Assembly (NCBI GenBank): GCA_039915165.1
Contig: JBDSNU010000017.1
Location: 2,041-66,040, forward strand
Direction of reading: 5' to 3'
Length of the DNA: 64,000 nt
DNA from: Minisyncoccota bacterium
GTDB lineage: Bacteria; Patescibacteriota; Minisyncoccia; Phycocordibacterales; UBA9973
A program made the translations under genes and the position numbers. This document shows positions 1 to 10,101 of this stretch, piece after piece. The notes beneath the pieces are model-generated. The model worked only from the letters and a program-made list of their open reading frames with translations, was not told where the DNA came from and did not search any database. Numbering within the stretch: position 1 is the first letter of the stretch; each line of letters starts with the position of its first letter.

Positions 1-1
1 A

Positions 2-1645
2 TTGCGATTGTCTGGAAATGTTTATAATACATCATCACTTGCCTCTGTTAGAATGGATGTTACAAATGAGTTGCGCCCTGTCTCTTCAACTAATCCCACC
101 TCTTCGCTATTCTGGTCATTTCAAGGTAATGGCGGCGGGTATATCGACGAGGCCGTTCTTACGTCTGGCGGTAGCTACAGTGTCCTTGGCAGTATAGGAA
201 TAGGAACACTTAGTTCCCCTCAGGCATTACTGCAGATTAATCCAACTACATACACAAACTCGACAGCATATAGTGTCAACGGGTTCGCTATTCGAGTTGA
301 TCCAGCTACTTATACTACTTCTGCAGCAGGGGGCACAGTTACCACTGCTGGAGTAAGTACTTTTGGTATTTCAACACTTACTGCATCAAATGCCACTACT
401 CTCACCAGTGCGGCAACATTATATATTGCCGGTGCTCCGACGGCAGGGTCTAATGTATCAATCCCGAACCCTCTAGCATTACTCGTAGGCAGTGGATTCA
501 GTGGTTTTAATGGAGGGCTGGGTACAAATGGTCTAAACACTACTGCAAATTTGTATGTTGCAACTGGAAATGGCGCTATTAATGGATTTAATAACAGCCA
601 GTTGGTATTTGCGGGCGCCACAACTGTCACAAGTCGTATTGTAGTGAACAGTAGTACTTCAACTACTATGTCCATCGGCAATAGCTACGCAAATGCAATA
701 ATAGGTTCATCTCCTATATCTACTGCGGCTTCCGGTACACATGCGCTTCTTGCCAACATGGTAGTAAATCCAATAGGTACTATTACTCAAGGTGCTTCAT
801 CTGTAACAAATACAGCCGCTCTATATGTAGCCGGTGCTGCTTCTGCCACTGTTACTGGAGCAAACTATGCATTGTGGGTTGCATCAGGTTTGTCACAATT
901 CGGCTATGCTTCTGTGACCACGGGCACTACAGTCGCAACCTTCCAAAATGCGGGAGGAACCTGTTCCATTGTTCCCTCTACTTCAGGTGGTGTCAGTTGT
1001 TCTTCTGATATGAATTTGAAGAAAAATATTACTTTGCTCACTGACAACTCATCGTGGTCTTATAACACTAATATAACTACAGACAACCAATCTATACTAG
1101 CAAAAGTCCTTGCATTAACCCCTGTGAATTACAATTGGAATGTTGAACAAGGCTCTGATACTAAACATGCAGGTTTCATTGCACAAGAAGTACGCCAGGT
1201 ATTTCCCGATCTTGTGAACGAGGATCCTAAGACACACTTACTTGCATTGAACTATGCCGGCATTATGCCGTATGCGATTGAGGCAATAAAAGAAATGAAT
1301 CTCAATATCACCTCAATAAATGATTTAACAAAAACAAATAGTTGGAGAGATGCATTAACAAACTGGTTTGCAAGTACAGGGAATGGTATTGGTGATTTGG
1401 TTGCGAAAAAACTGAAAGCAAAAGATCAAATATGTATCAATGATACTTGTGTGACTGAAACGCAACTTAAACAAGTATTACAACAACAGGGAAGTGGAAA
1501 TACGCCTCAGACAACTACTGTGATTTCACCAGCAATTATTATCGATACTCCTCCTGCTATTACACAGACTCCGGAAACACCAGCTCCAGAAGTTGCTACT
1601 CCTATTGTTGAGAGTGAGACTATAGAAACAGCTAATCCATTGTAG
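2..1645 (+). CDS. Surface/tail-fibre-like repeat protein with C-terminal peptidase S74 (endosialidase intramolecular chaperone) domain; 5-prime partial (ORF enters window; listed TTG at nt 2 is not a real start)
   Basis: Repeated Gly/Thr/Ala-rich beta-helix-like units (LYIAGAPTAGSNVS, LYVAGAASATVTGANYALWVASG). C-terminal DMNLKKNI...HAGFIAQEVRQVFPDLV...LNYAGIMPYAIEAIKE matches the S74 chaperone domain consensus. Confidence 0.5.
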   Translation: MRLSGNVYNTSSLASVRMDVTNELRPVSSTNPTSSLFWSFQGNGGGYIDEAVLTSGGSYSVLGSIGIGTLSSPQALLQINPTTYTNSTAYSVNGFAIRVDPATYTTSAAGGTVTTAGVSTFGISTLTASNATTLTSAATLYIAGAPTAGSNVSIPNPLALLVGSGFSGFNGGLGTNGLNTTANLYVATGNGAINGFNNSQLVFAGATTVTSRIVVNSSTSTTMSIGNSYANAIIGSSPISTAASGTHALLANMVVNPIGTITQGASSVTNTAALYVAGAASATVTGANYALWVASGLSQFGYASVTTGTTVATFQNAGGTCSIVPSTSGGVSCSSDMNLKKNITLLTDNSSWSYNTNITTDNQSILAKVLALTPVNYNWNVEQGSDTKHAGFIAQEVRQVFPDLVNEDPKTHLLALNYAGIMPYAIEAIKEMNLNITSINDLTKTNSWRDALTNWFASTGNGIGDLVAKKLKAKDQICINDTCVTETQLKQVLQQQGSGNTPQTTTVISPAIIIDTPPAITQTPETPAPEVATPIVESETIETANPL

Positions 1646-1681
1646 CATTGAAAAATAAGCTTTTTCTGGTACTATAGGGCT

Positions 1682-3508
1682 ATGGAACTGAAAAATATTA
1701 GAAATTTCAGCATTATCGCACACATTGACCATGGTAAGTCTACTTTGGCTGACCGTATGCTTGAAGTAACGGGCACTATTGAAGCACGTAAAATGCGTGA
1801 TCAGGTATTGGACAATATGGAGCTTGAGCGTGAGCGCGGTATTACTATCAAAATGCAGCCGGTTAGAATGCTCTGGCATTCTAACCGCCCTGAGGGAATC
1901 GAAGGGCGTACTGTTGATACTCCTTATATGTTGAACCTCATCGACACTCCTGGGCATATCGACTTCTCATATGAAGTATCTCGTGCATTGAAAGCAGTTG
2001 AAGGTTCTTTGTTGTTAGTGGATTCAACTCAAGGTGTACAAGCACAAACGTTAACTACTTTAGCAATGGCTCGTGAGTCAGGACTCGTTATCATTCCTTG
2101 TCTAACAAAAGTTGACTCGCCACTTTCTAGAATTGAAGAAACAACATTAGAGATCTGTGCATTGATCGGTTGCGATGAAAACGATGTATTAAAAGTTTCT
2201 GGTAAAACAGGTGAAGGAGTGCCAGAACTACTCGCTGCAATTATTGAAAGAATCCCGGCACCAAAAGCTGAAGAGATACATACCAAGACACAAGCATTGG
2301 TGTTTGACTTCAGTTATTCAAACCACAAAGGTGTCATTGTTTTTGTGCGATTGTTTGGAGGAAGAATTGCTAAAGGGGACACATTATCCTTTGCAGCAAG
2401 TAAACAGCAATTTCAAGCATTAGAGGTTGGTATTTTTGCACCAGAAGCAACTCCACAAGATGCGCTTGAAGCGGGAACTATTGGATATATTGTTACTGGA
2501 ATCAAACAACCAGGTATTGCCTCAGTTGGTGATACTATTATTTCTGCAAAGAATGGCGCAGAAGCACTTCACGGTTACAGTCAGCCTCGTCCTGTGGTAT
2601 GGGCATCTATTTATCCAGAAAGTCAGGATGACTTTGATGAATTACGTATGGCATTAGCTCGTCTACGTTTATCTGATTCAGCATTTTCTTTTGAAGAAGA
2701 AGTATCAGGTGCATTGGGCCGCGGTTATCGCTGTGGATTTTTGGGTATGCTGCACTTAGAAATTATTACAGAGCGACTACGACGTGAATTCGATCTTGAA
2801 TTAATCGTTACTATGCCTTCAATTACCTACGAAGTAGAAACACGTTTGAAGCAACGCATTGTGGTGTACTCTCCACACCTTTTTCCTGATGACGGCACAG
2901 TTATGAAAGTCTATGAACCATGGATTACTGTTTCTATTATCACTCCAGAACGCTATGTCAGTGTTTTGATGCCATTTATGTATGAACATGAAGCTACGGT
3001 TGGTAGCATTGATCAATTTGGTGACGATCGTGTAAAAGTTGAAGCAGTTATGCCGTTGCGTGAACTAATGCGAGGGTTTTTTGATGGACTGAAAAGTCTG
3101 ACTTCAGGATATGCATCCGTTGCATACAAGGAAGGCGAGTTGAAAGAAGCAGATGTAGTTCGTCTAGATATTATCATCGGTGATGAGCCACAACCTGCAT
3201 TTACTCGTATTGTTTCTCGTCGCCGAGCGCTTGAAGAAGGCGAAGAGTTTGTAGAGCGTCTAGAAAAGTTGATGCCACGCCAGCAAGTGGAAATGAAAAT
3301 TCAAGCCAAGGCATTCGGACGCATTATTGCTTCTCGCACTATGAAAGCCTTTCGTAAGGACGTGACCCAACACATGTATGGAGGAGACTATTCTCGAAAA
3401 CTGAAGCTGTTAGGAAAACAGAAAAAAGGTAAAAAGAAAATGCGAGAGAACGCAATCGTTAATATCCCGCATGATATCTTTATTAAAGTAATGAAAGAGA
3501 CTGACTAA
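1682..3508 (+). CDS. lepA: Elongation factor 4 (LepA)
   Basis: N-terminus NFSIIAHIDHGKSTLADR (G1 motif), DTPGHIDF (G3), and a LepA-specific C-terminal domain. 608 aa. Confidence 0.9.
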   Translation: MELKNIRNFSIIAHIDHGKSTLADRMLEVTGTIEARKMRDQVLDNMELERERGITIKMQPVRMLWHSNRPEGIEGRTVDTPYMLNLIDTPGHIDFSYEVSRALKAVEGSLLLVDSTQGVQAQTLTTLAMARESGLVIIPCLTKVDSPLSRIEETTLEICALIGCDENDVLKVSGKTGEGVPELLAAIIERIPAPKAEEIHTKTQALVFDFSYSNHKGVIVFVRLFGGRIAKGDTLSFAASKQQFQALEVGIFAPEATPQDALEAGTIGYIVTGIKQPGIASVGDTIISAKNGAEALHGYSQPRPVVWASIYPESQDDFDELRMALARLRLSDSAFSFEEEVSGALGRGYRCGFLGMLHLEIITERLRREFDLELIVTMPSITYEVETRLKQRIVVYSPHLFPDDGTVMKVYEPWITVSIITPERYVSVLMPFMYEHEATVGSIDQFGDDRVKVEAVMPLRELMRGFFDGLKSLTSGYASVAYKEGELKEADVVRLDIIIGDEPQPAFTRIVSRRRALEEGEEFVERLEKLMPRQQVEMKIQAKAFGRIIASRTMKAFRKDVTQHMYGGDYSRKLKLLGKQKKGKKKMRENAIVNIPHDIFIKVMKETD

Positions 3509-3632
3509 CTGAAGAGCGGAAGGAGTGTAAATAACAACAATCCTGCGATCATCAGAATGGAAAAGATTTTCCATGCCAAATCTACTCGTTTTCTGTTATG
3601 ATTGAATAGCATAAGCACTATGCTACCACGCT

Positions 3633-4034
3633 ATGGCAAAAAAGCAATTTTCAGAACCACGTCAATATAGTGTCCCGCCCAAGCGCATATTAGGCGCCGC
3701 CATTTCGTTGGTGATTTTTTTTCTTTTCCTTACTTCAGTTATTGGCTTAGCTCAGAAATATTTTACAATCAAGGCTCGTAATAAAGAATTGAATATTGAA
3801 CAATCAGCATTAGCACAAAAAGAAAAAAGTCTTACTACTACCAATACCTATCTTGCCACACCAGAAGGAACAGAGCAGTCATTACGTGAGCGTTATAATT
3901 ATATCAAACCAGGAGAAGAAATGATTGTTATTACTCCCGATACTGCTCCTCCTATAGTAGAACAAAAAACCGGAGTAGCGCATTGGTGGGACCAATTACT
4001 CCGAGGGCTGGGGCTCCGTAAGGATCAACAATAA
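3633..4034 (+). CDS. FtsB/DivIC-like septum formation initiator (N-terminal TM plus coiled coil)
   Basis: TM helix ILGAAISLVIFFLFLTSVIGL, then a coiled coil and SLRERYNYIKPGEEMIVI, resembling the DivIC/FtsB C-terminal motif. Confidence 0.45.
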   Translation: MAKKQFSEPRQYSVPPKRILGAAISLVIFFLFLTSVIGLAQKYFTIKARNKELNIEQSALAQKEKSLTTTNTYLATPEGTEQSLRERYNYIKPGEEMIVITPDTAPPIVEQKTGVAHWWDQLLRGLGLRKDQQ

Positions 4035-4120
4035 TGTCGTAGACGCTAAGTGCCAGTGAAGTGCTATACTATATATAGCGATCGAATAAGGGAAATATCA
4101 GAATAATATCTTAGAAATAT

Positions 4121-4354
4121 ATGAAACCAGTAACAATCTATACAACAGACACCTGCCATTACTGTAATATGGCAAAAGCGTACTTTAAAGAAAATAACGT
4201 TGCTTATACTGAATACAATGTAGGTACAGACGCTGAAAAGCGCGCAGAAATGATCAACTTAACTCATCAGCTCGGCGTACCTGTTATTGTGGTAGGAGAC
4301 ACAGCTATGGTTGGCTTCCAAGAAAGCAAAGTAGCTGAACTTCTCGCAGCATAA
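4121..4354 (+). CDS. Glutaredoxin-like protein (NrdH/Grx family)
   Basis: 77 aa, CHYC redox motif near the N-terminus, thioredoxin-fold spacing (VPVIVVGD...GF). Confidence 0.7.
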   Translation: MKPVTIYTTDTCHYCNMAKAYFKENNVAYTEYNVGTDAEKRAEMINLTHQLGVPVIVVGDTAMVGFQESKVAELLAA

Positions 4355-4416
4355 GCAATAAAAGTGAAAGGCTTTGCTGCGCCCTAGCCCTGAACATAGC
4401 TGAAGGGCGGCGGCGA

Positions 4417-4488
4417 GTCCTTGTAGTTAAATGGATATAACTGCTCCGTCCTAAGGAGTAATTGTCAGTTCGATTCTGGCCGAGGACA
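4417..4488 (+). tRNA. tRNA-Arg (anticodon CCT)
   Basis: Hand-folded cloverleaf: acceptor GTCCTTG/CGAGGAC (one G-U), D-stem GTTA/TAAC, anticodon stem GCTCC/GGAGT with loop GTCCTAA, T-stem GTCAG/CTGGC with loop TTCGATT. No encoded CCA. Confidence 0.6.
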
Positions 4489-4520
4489 CAATAAAAATGC
4501 ATATGGTATAATTTTCTTAC

Positions 4521-4829
4521 ATGGATACAGAACTCAATGACCGTCTCGATAGAATAGAAAAAATGGTAAGCGACAACAATCGTATGCTGACCAAAATGCG
4601 TAAGGCACAAAAGAATGCTGTCTACTGGCGCATCGTATACTGGCTCGTCATCATCGGGCTGACTATTGCATCGTTTTATGCTATTCAACCCTATATAAGC
4701 CAATTTGGAGCCGCATATGGCATAGGGGGAGGCAGTAGTGCAGATAGTTCTAGTACTACTGAGACAAGTACTACCCAAACTCTTTTAAACCTGGTAAAAC
4801 AATATCAAGCAGATCAGAAAGCTAAGTAA
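4521..4829 (+). CDS. Small membrane protein, hypothetical
   Basis: 102 aa with one TM helix (YWRIVYWLVIIGLTIASFYAI) and a Ser/Thr-rich tail. Lies between two tRNAs. Confidence 0.4.
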   Translation: MDTELNDRLDRIEKMVSDNNRMLTKMRKAQKNAVYWRIVYWLVIIGLTIASFYAIQPYISQFGAAYGIGGGSSADSSSTTETSTTQTLLNLVKQYQADQKAK

Positions 4830-4955
4830 CTGAAGTTGCTTTTCGGGTGTTTTTGCGGTATAAAATAGGAGCCGAACTCGCTCAGGTAAGAAAATCTTCC
4901 CCAAGCGTCGCTCGGATATATAATGAATTCAGTATTCATTATATAGTCCTCACTA

Positions 4956-5028
4956 GCTTGGGTAGCTCAGTTGGTAGAGCGCTCCCCTGAAGAGGGAGAT
5001 GTCACCAGTTCAAATCTGGTCCCAAGCA
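4956..5028 (+). tRNA. tRNA-Phe (anticodon GAA)
   Basis: Perfect acceptor GCTTGGG/CCCAAGC, D-arm GCTC-AGTTGGTA-GAGC, anticodon loop CTGAAGA, T-arm ACCAG-TTCAAAT-CTGGT. Confidence 0.85.
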
Positions 5029-5063
5029 CTTCACTACGTTCAGTGACTGCGACGTAACAAAAA

Positions 5064-5086
5064 ATCCCTCTATGAGGGATTTTTTG
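5064..5086 (+). terminator. Rho-independent terminator after tRNA-Phe
   Basis: ATCCCTC-TATG-AGGGAT hairpin followed by TTTTTT. Confidence 0.6.
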
Positions 5087-5154
5087 CTGCATTGACATAT
5101 ATTAATATTCATTATATGGTAATAAAAATTCACAATTAAAAAAAGGAGGAAAAT

Positions 5155-6411
5155 ATGATATGGGATCCGTATGGAGCGTTCCAAACTCACACATTAGAAA
5201 ATGGTTTGACAATACACGCAGTACAAATGTCGTGTCCATGGCAAAGAATAAGATGCAGTATACATTCAGGTGGAACTCAAGATCCAGAAGACAAGTTGGG
5301 TCTGGCGCATTTCACAGAACATCTACTATCTCAAAATGCACCACTGCCTTGCGAGGAAATCAACGATTATTTTAATGATTTAGGAGGAGATGCAATGCTA
5401 GGGGCAACCAGTTATTGGAAAACGTATTATAGCTTTTACATTCCAGCAAAAGATGACGTACTGAAACAATCACTAGATTTGTTCGGGAAAATGCTACTTA
5501 GTGCTAAATTGGAAAAAAATATTGAACGTGAACGTCAGGTTATTTTAAATGAATTTCATAAAAAATATCCTGTTTCATTCAAGTATGATATTCAAATGAA
5601 AACGCACGAGGTCTTATTTAAAGGTATGGCTATGGGTCGTAGTTTGGATACTCTCGGTAATCCAGCGACCATTAAAACAATTGAAGCGAAAGATGTACAG
5701 TCATTTTATGATGAGCATTATACGCCGGCCAATATGACCATTGTTGCAGTAGGGGCATACTCTCTCGAACAACTTGTAAAATTTTTTTCAGAGAGCTCGT
5801 TTGCAATCACCAAACAAGGATCACGGAATGTATTAGAGCCAATTGTTTCATTTCCTGATGTTGATAAACAACGTATCGAAATTGTAATAAGTGATTATGT
5901 AGATACAAAGTTGTTCGCCCCCAGTTTTTCCTATGAAAGCTATGTTAAGATCCCCTTAAGTTTCAGTGAAGCTGCTGTTGCAATCTGTTGCAGGATGTTA
6001 ACTGATTTATTAGATGAAGAGGTGCGGCAAAATCAAGGCTGGACCTATGGTATTAGTTCTAAATATAGCCAATCTCCTCAGTTTAATAAAATGCAGATAT
6101 TCTCAGCATCAATCGCTATAGTGGCTTTGGATTGTATCGAAGAGAAAATAGATGGGATTATCAGTGCAATTATTAACTCAGAAGCTCTTTTTGAGAAGAT
6201 AAGAAATAATAAACTCGCTGCATCACTCATGGACGATGAAAGTGGTTCCATGATACTCAATACAGCGTCAGAGGAAATCTTCTATCATGGCAAGACCACT
6301 TCTATGAGCGAGCATCAAAGTAATCTCCGGACTGTTACATTTCAAGATGTTTGTGATGTTGCTGCATATTGGAAAACAAAAAAAAGGATAACTGTAATCA
6401 ACAGACCTTAA
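5155..6411 (+). CDS. M16-family (insulinase/pitrilysin-like) zinc peptidase
   Basis: Inverted zinc-binding motif HFTEHLL (HxxEH) near the N-terminus. 418 aa. Confidence 0.7.
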   Translation: MIWDPYGAFQTHTLENGLTIHAVQMSCPWQRIRCSIHSGGTQDPEDKLGLAHFTEHLLSQNAPLPCEEINDYFNDLGGDAMLGATSYWKTYYSFYIPAKDDVLKQSLDLFGKMLLSAKLEKNIERERQVILNEFHKKYPVSFKYDIQMKTHEVLFKGMAMGRSLDTLGNPATIKTIEAKDVQSFYDEHYTPANMTIVAVGAYSLEQLVKFFSESSFAITKQGSRNVLEPIVSFPDVDKQRIEIVISDYVDTKLFAPSFSYESYVKIPLSFSEAAVAICCRMLTDLLDEEVRQNQGWTYGISSKYSQSPQFNKMQIFSASIAIVALDCIEEKIDGIISAIINSEALFEKIRNNKLAASLMDDESGSMILNTASEEIFYHGKTTSMSEHQSNLRTVTFQDVCDVAAYWKTKKRITVINRP

Positions 6412-6419
6412 AAATCAAA

Positions 6420-6454
6420 CACCCTGCTAGTAATTACTAGCAGGGTGTTTTTCT
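6420..6454. terminator. Bidirectional hairpin terminator between convergent genes
   Basis: CACCCTGCTAG-TAATTA-CTAGCAGGGTG perfect hairpin flanked by A-tract and T-tract. Confidence 0.6.
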
Positions 6455-6459
6455 TTGGT

Positions 6460-7038
6460 CTATATAGATTTGATCTTCAGTGCCGCCTTTCGTCCCTTAT
6501 CGAGTTTAGGTAACTTGATCATGAGAAGGCCATGGCGTTCGATTGCTTCAGCATTATCGATTTCAACTTCTACTGGTAGGTCGATGATTCTTTCGAATGC
6601 GCCCCAGTATAGTTCTTGAATATGATAACTGTCTTGTGAGATTGCTTTGTTTTCTTCACGCTTGCCAGAGATTGAAACAACATCACGAGTGATATTAATA
6701 TTCAAATGTTCAGGCATAACTCCTGCGATCAGTGTCTGGATGATAACTTCATGAGCAGTTTCGTAGACATCAACAGGAAGCTGTCCAACTTCTTCTTCAG
6801 GTTGTTGCAATACTACAGGGCGTTCTTCCTCTTCATCATCATTCATAAATGCAGAACTGATAGGGAGTTCGCGTTTTTGTGGCTCAGGGAATGATTGTTG
6901 AGTTGTCAGAGTAGTGCGAATCGGTGCTTTGTATTTGATATCCTTTGATGGCTCTTCACTTGCTTCATCGAAGTCTTCTTCATTTTCATTAAAGCGAAGG
7001 TTGCCGGCTAGTCTTTCAAAAAATGATCGCTTTTTCAT
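6460..7038 (-). CDS. Hsp20/alpha-crystallin family small heat-shock protein with acidic N-terminal extension
   Basis: Alpha-crystallin domain pattern PVDVYETAHEVIIQTLIAGV...ISGKREE...G.FERIIDLP..VE.D...A...HGLLMIKLPK. Confidence 0.75.
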   Translation of the reverse strand: MKKRSFFERLAGNLRFNENEEDFDEASEEPSKDIKYKAPIRTTLTTQQSFPEPQKRELPISSAFMNDDEEEERPVVLQQPEEEVGQLPVDVYETAHEVIIQTLIAGVMPEHLNINITRDVVSISGKREENKAISQDSYHIQELYWGAFERIIDLPVEVEIDNAEAIERHGLLMIKLPKLDKGRKAALKIKSI

Positions 7039-7745
7039 AGTTGGGGTTGAGCTTGATCTTCTTGCACAGGAATGCGACGAAGTTTTTCAAGAATTATGTG
7101 ACTTATAATAGCGGCGATCCACAAGTATCCATAGATTTGCAATACGCTTGCGGTATCGTGCTTAAGTATAAAGAAGTTAAAGGTTGCATGCAAGAAAATT
7201 GCTGCAGTAATACCGACTGGAATAGATATCGAGCGGAATTTTTTTGGTGCAAGACCAATACTTATACCAATCAAACAGCTGGCAATGGTGTGAAGCAGTG
7301 TAGATCCAAAGAAACGCAGACCTCCTGTCAAAAGTATAGCGGTCATATTAGTACTCACACTTGGCTGTAGTACATAAAAAATATTTTCTAATGCAGCGAA
7401 TCCCAGTGCAACCACAATCATGTAGATAGGCGGCTCAATAGCGTGATCGTCATAATCACTTTTGTATGCAATAAAATAAAACACCAAAAATTTAATGATT
7501 TCTTCAATAGCTGCCCATACTACAATGCGCGAATTAGCCCCTACAATGGCCCCCTTAAGGCTTTGCTGTAAGAATGTGGCAACCAATACGCTAATAGCCC
7601 CTGCAATGAAGCACGTCATAAGTAAGCCAAATGGTTCCATGTGATCTTTATCAATATTCAACCAAAAAATCAGCCAAATAACTGAAGGAATAAATCCAAC
7701 CAATAGAGGGATAAGTAATCCTGAATTCATTACTTCATTGGCCAT
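7035..7745 (-). CDS. PrsW-family intramembrane metalloprotease (putative)
   Basis: Polytopic membrane protein with AIEEIIKF (EExxK) and FAALENIFY motifs typical of PrsW/CPBP-like proteases. Confidence 0.5.
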   Translation of the reverse strand: MANEVMNSGLLIPLLVGFIPSVIWLIFWLNIDKDHMEPFGLLMTCFIAGAISVLVATFLQQSLKGAIVGANSRIVVWAAIEEIIKFLVFYFIAYKSDYDDHAIEPPIYMIVVALGFAALENIFYVLQPSVSTNMTAILLTGGLRFFGSTLLHTIASCLIGISIGLAPKKFRSISIPVGITAAIFLHATFNFFILKHDTASVLQIYGYLWIAAIISHIILEKLRRIPVQEDQAQPQL

Positions 7746-9955
7746 GTTGTAACCATGAGTAATTGCTTATTATCAATCGGTAATAGATCGTAAATTGCTT
7801 CAGTCACAAATGGCATAAATGGGTGGAGTGCCGTGATAGTTTCAGAAAGTAGTGTTAACAATAATTTCTGGCGAGATAGTTTGATAGCAGGGTCTTCACT
7901 AGTAAGTAGTGATTTACTTTCTTCAAGAATAGTGTTAGCAAATTCATCCCAAATAAAGTGATATATACCTTCGGTCGCTAAGTGTAGTCTGTATGTTTCT
8001 AAATCAGTAGTAATACTTTGAAGAGTAGTGTGCCATGCAGCAAGTACTACTTCATCATCTTTTGTATATATTGCAGTACTTACTTCGGCAGAATAATTTG
8101 TGAGCACAAATCTAGCAATGTTCCAGAGCTTGTTTGCAAAAAGTTTATATCCTTTGATACGACTTTCATCAAATTTAATATCACTACCCACAGCACTTCC
8201 TACAATAAGGCCCATACGTAGCGCATCGGCACCGTATTTTTCAATCATCTCAAGAGGATCCACGCCATTGTTAAGTGATTTACTAAACTTACGGCCATCT
8301 TTTGCACGAACGAGGCCGTGAATCAATACTTTTTTAAATGGTACCTGTCCAAGGTGAAAACCACTCATCAAAATCATACGAGATACCCATAATGGCAAAA
8401 TCTCATATGCAGGGGCAATCAATGAAGTAGGGTGGTATGTTTTGAGGTCAGGAGTTTCTTCAGGCCAACCTAGTGTAGAGAATGTCCATAATGCAGAAGA
8501 AAACCATGTATCAAGTACATCTACTTCTTGCTCCCAGCCGTCTCCTTCAGGAGCTACGACGTTGCAATAAATTTCTTTACCTTTTTCTGTAGCGCGATAC
8601 CATACGGGGATACGATGACCGAACCAAATCTGACGTGAAATACACCAGTCATGCAAATTTTCAATCCAGTGAAAATATGTTTTACGAAAACCTTCCTGAG
8701 ACATATCAATTGCCCCGCTCTCCACCGCTGTTTTCATCAATGTCTTCAATGTAGTTTCGCTACCACTAGCAATGCCTGGGATTTTTGAGTGGGGAATTAT
8801 AAAAGGCTTGTTAACGCCAATGAACCATTGTTCCATGATCTGAGGTTCAATTGTTGCACCGGTTCGTTCTGATGTTGCAATGTTATGCATATAGTTCTCT
8901 TCAATACGAACTAATAAACCTTTTTCTTTAAGTTTTTCCACAATCTTTTCTCGAGCCTCAGAAATTTTCAATCCAGCAAACTCTCCAGCAATAGGAAGTA
9001 GTTTCCCATACTTATCAATAACTTGTTCTTTGTCGAGGTGGTGACGTTCAGCAATTTCAAAGTCCACCATTGAGTGCCATGGAGTAATAGTCATTGCCCC
9101 AGTACCTATTTCCGGGTCACTGGCAGCGTCTTTAATTACTGTTGCAACAATCGGGCCATTGATCCATTCGAGTTCAATTTTTTGACCATGAGTATACTCT
9201 TGGTATTTTGCATCATCAGGATTAACTACAATATATTTGTCACCAAACTTTGTTTCGGGACGAGCAGTACCGATTACGAAAGGACCGTATTGAAAATAAT
9301 AAAATTTTGCCTTTTCTTCTACGTACACCACTTCATCATCTGAAATAGTGGTTTGCCCCTTTGGATCCCAGTTAACAATACGATGACCTTGATAAATAAG
9401 CCCTGCATCATACATTCGTTTGAATGCGGTAAAGACTGCGCGATTTCTTTTTTCATCCAGTGTGTATGCATAGCGAGTCCAGTCAAGTGAAGCACCCATC
9501 TTTCGAACTTGGCCCAAAATAGTATTTTCACTATCTTTTGCGAATGCATGTACGCGTTTTACCATTTCTTCACGACCAAGATCATGCCGAGTTTTACCTC
9601 CTTCTTTTTGTAAGTTTTTTTCTACACGAGCTTGTGTCGCAATTGCTGCAGAGTCTGTTCCTGGGATCCACAAAGTTTTTTTACCATTCATACGATTAAA
9701 ACGGACAATGATATCTTGCAGTGTATCTTCGTAGGCATGACCAACGTGCAGAGTTCCTGTCACATTGGGAGGGGGGAGGACAATAGTAAATGCTTCGGCA
9801 TCAGGTTTTGTTAACCCATCCTTGATCATATTTTCTGGCGTGAAGTATCCAGAATCTTCCCACTTCTTATAAATAGACACTTCTTCTGCAGCTGGGTCGT
9901 ACGGTTTTAATAATTTTTCGGGTACTTGCCCTGAGGTATTCGAATGGGGTTGCAT
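7730..9955 (-). CDS. valS: Valyl-tRNA synthetase (short form, 741 aa)
   Basis: PPPNVTGTLHVGHAYEDTLQDIIVRFNRMNGKKTLWIPGTD (HIGH region) and KFSKSLNN (KMSKS). Editing-domain region present; C-terminal coiled-coil apparently absent. Confidence 0.85.
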   Translation of the reverse strand: MQPHSNTSGQVPEKLLKPYDPAAEEVSIYKKWEDSGYFTPENMIKDGLTKPDAEAFTIVLPPPNVTGTLHVGHAYEDTLQDIIVRFNRMNGKKTLWIPGTDSAAIATQARVEKNLQKEGGKTRHDLGREEMVKRVHAFAKDSENTILGQVRKMGASLDWTRYAYTLDEKRNRAVFTAFKRMYDAGLIYQGHRIVNWDPKGQTTISDDEVVYVEEKAKFYYFQYGPFVIGTARPETKFGDKYIVVNPDDAKYQEYTHGQKIELEWINGPIVATVIKDAASDPEIGTGAMTITPWHSMVDFEIAERHHLDKEQVIDKYGKLLPIAGEFAGLKISEAREKIVEKLKEKGLLVRIEENYMHNIATSERTGATIEPQIMEQWFIGVNKPFIIPHSKIPGIASGSETTLKTLMKTAVESGAIDMSQEGFRKTYFHWIENLHDWCISRQIWFGHRIPVWYRATEKGKEIYCNVVAPEGDGWEQEVDVLDTWFSSALWTFSTLGWPEETPDLKTYHPTSLIAPAYEILPLWVSRMILMSGFHLGQVPFKKVLIHGLVRAKDGRKFSKSLNNGVDPLEMIEKYGADALRMGLIVGSAVGSDIKFDESRIKGYKLFANKLWNIARFVLTNYSAEVSTAIYTKDDEVVLAAWHTTLQSITTDLETYRLHLATEGIYHFIWDEFANTILEESKSLLTSEDPAIKLSRQKLLLTLLSETITALHPFMPFVTEAIYDLLPIDNKQLLMVTTWPMK

Positions 9956-10101
9956 ATCAAGTTACTATATCATTAATTACCCTTTGTTTCTATAGCGCTA
10001 TGGCGATTTCTCATATGTAATAGCACAGGCAGCATCTTCATTGACTTTTATCATAAAATATGTTTTAATATAATAAATTCACCTCATTAAAATATAGTCG
10101 T

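Noticed and set aside
2211-2657. Small plus-strand ORFs 2211..2423 and 2427..2657
   Set aside because: Out-of-frame within lepA.
6706-7108. ORFs 6706..6894 and 6914..7108 (+)
   Set aside because: Antisense to the Hsp20 gene and the PrsW start. No start context. Low-complexity translations.
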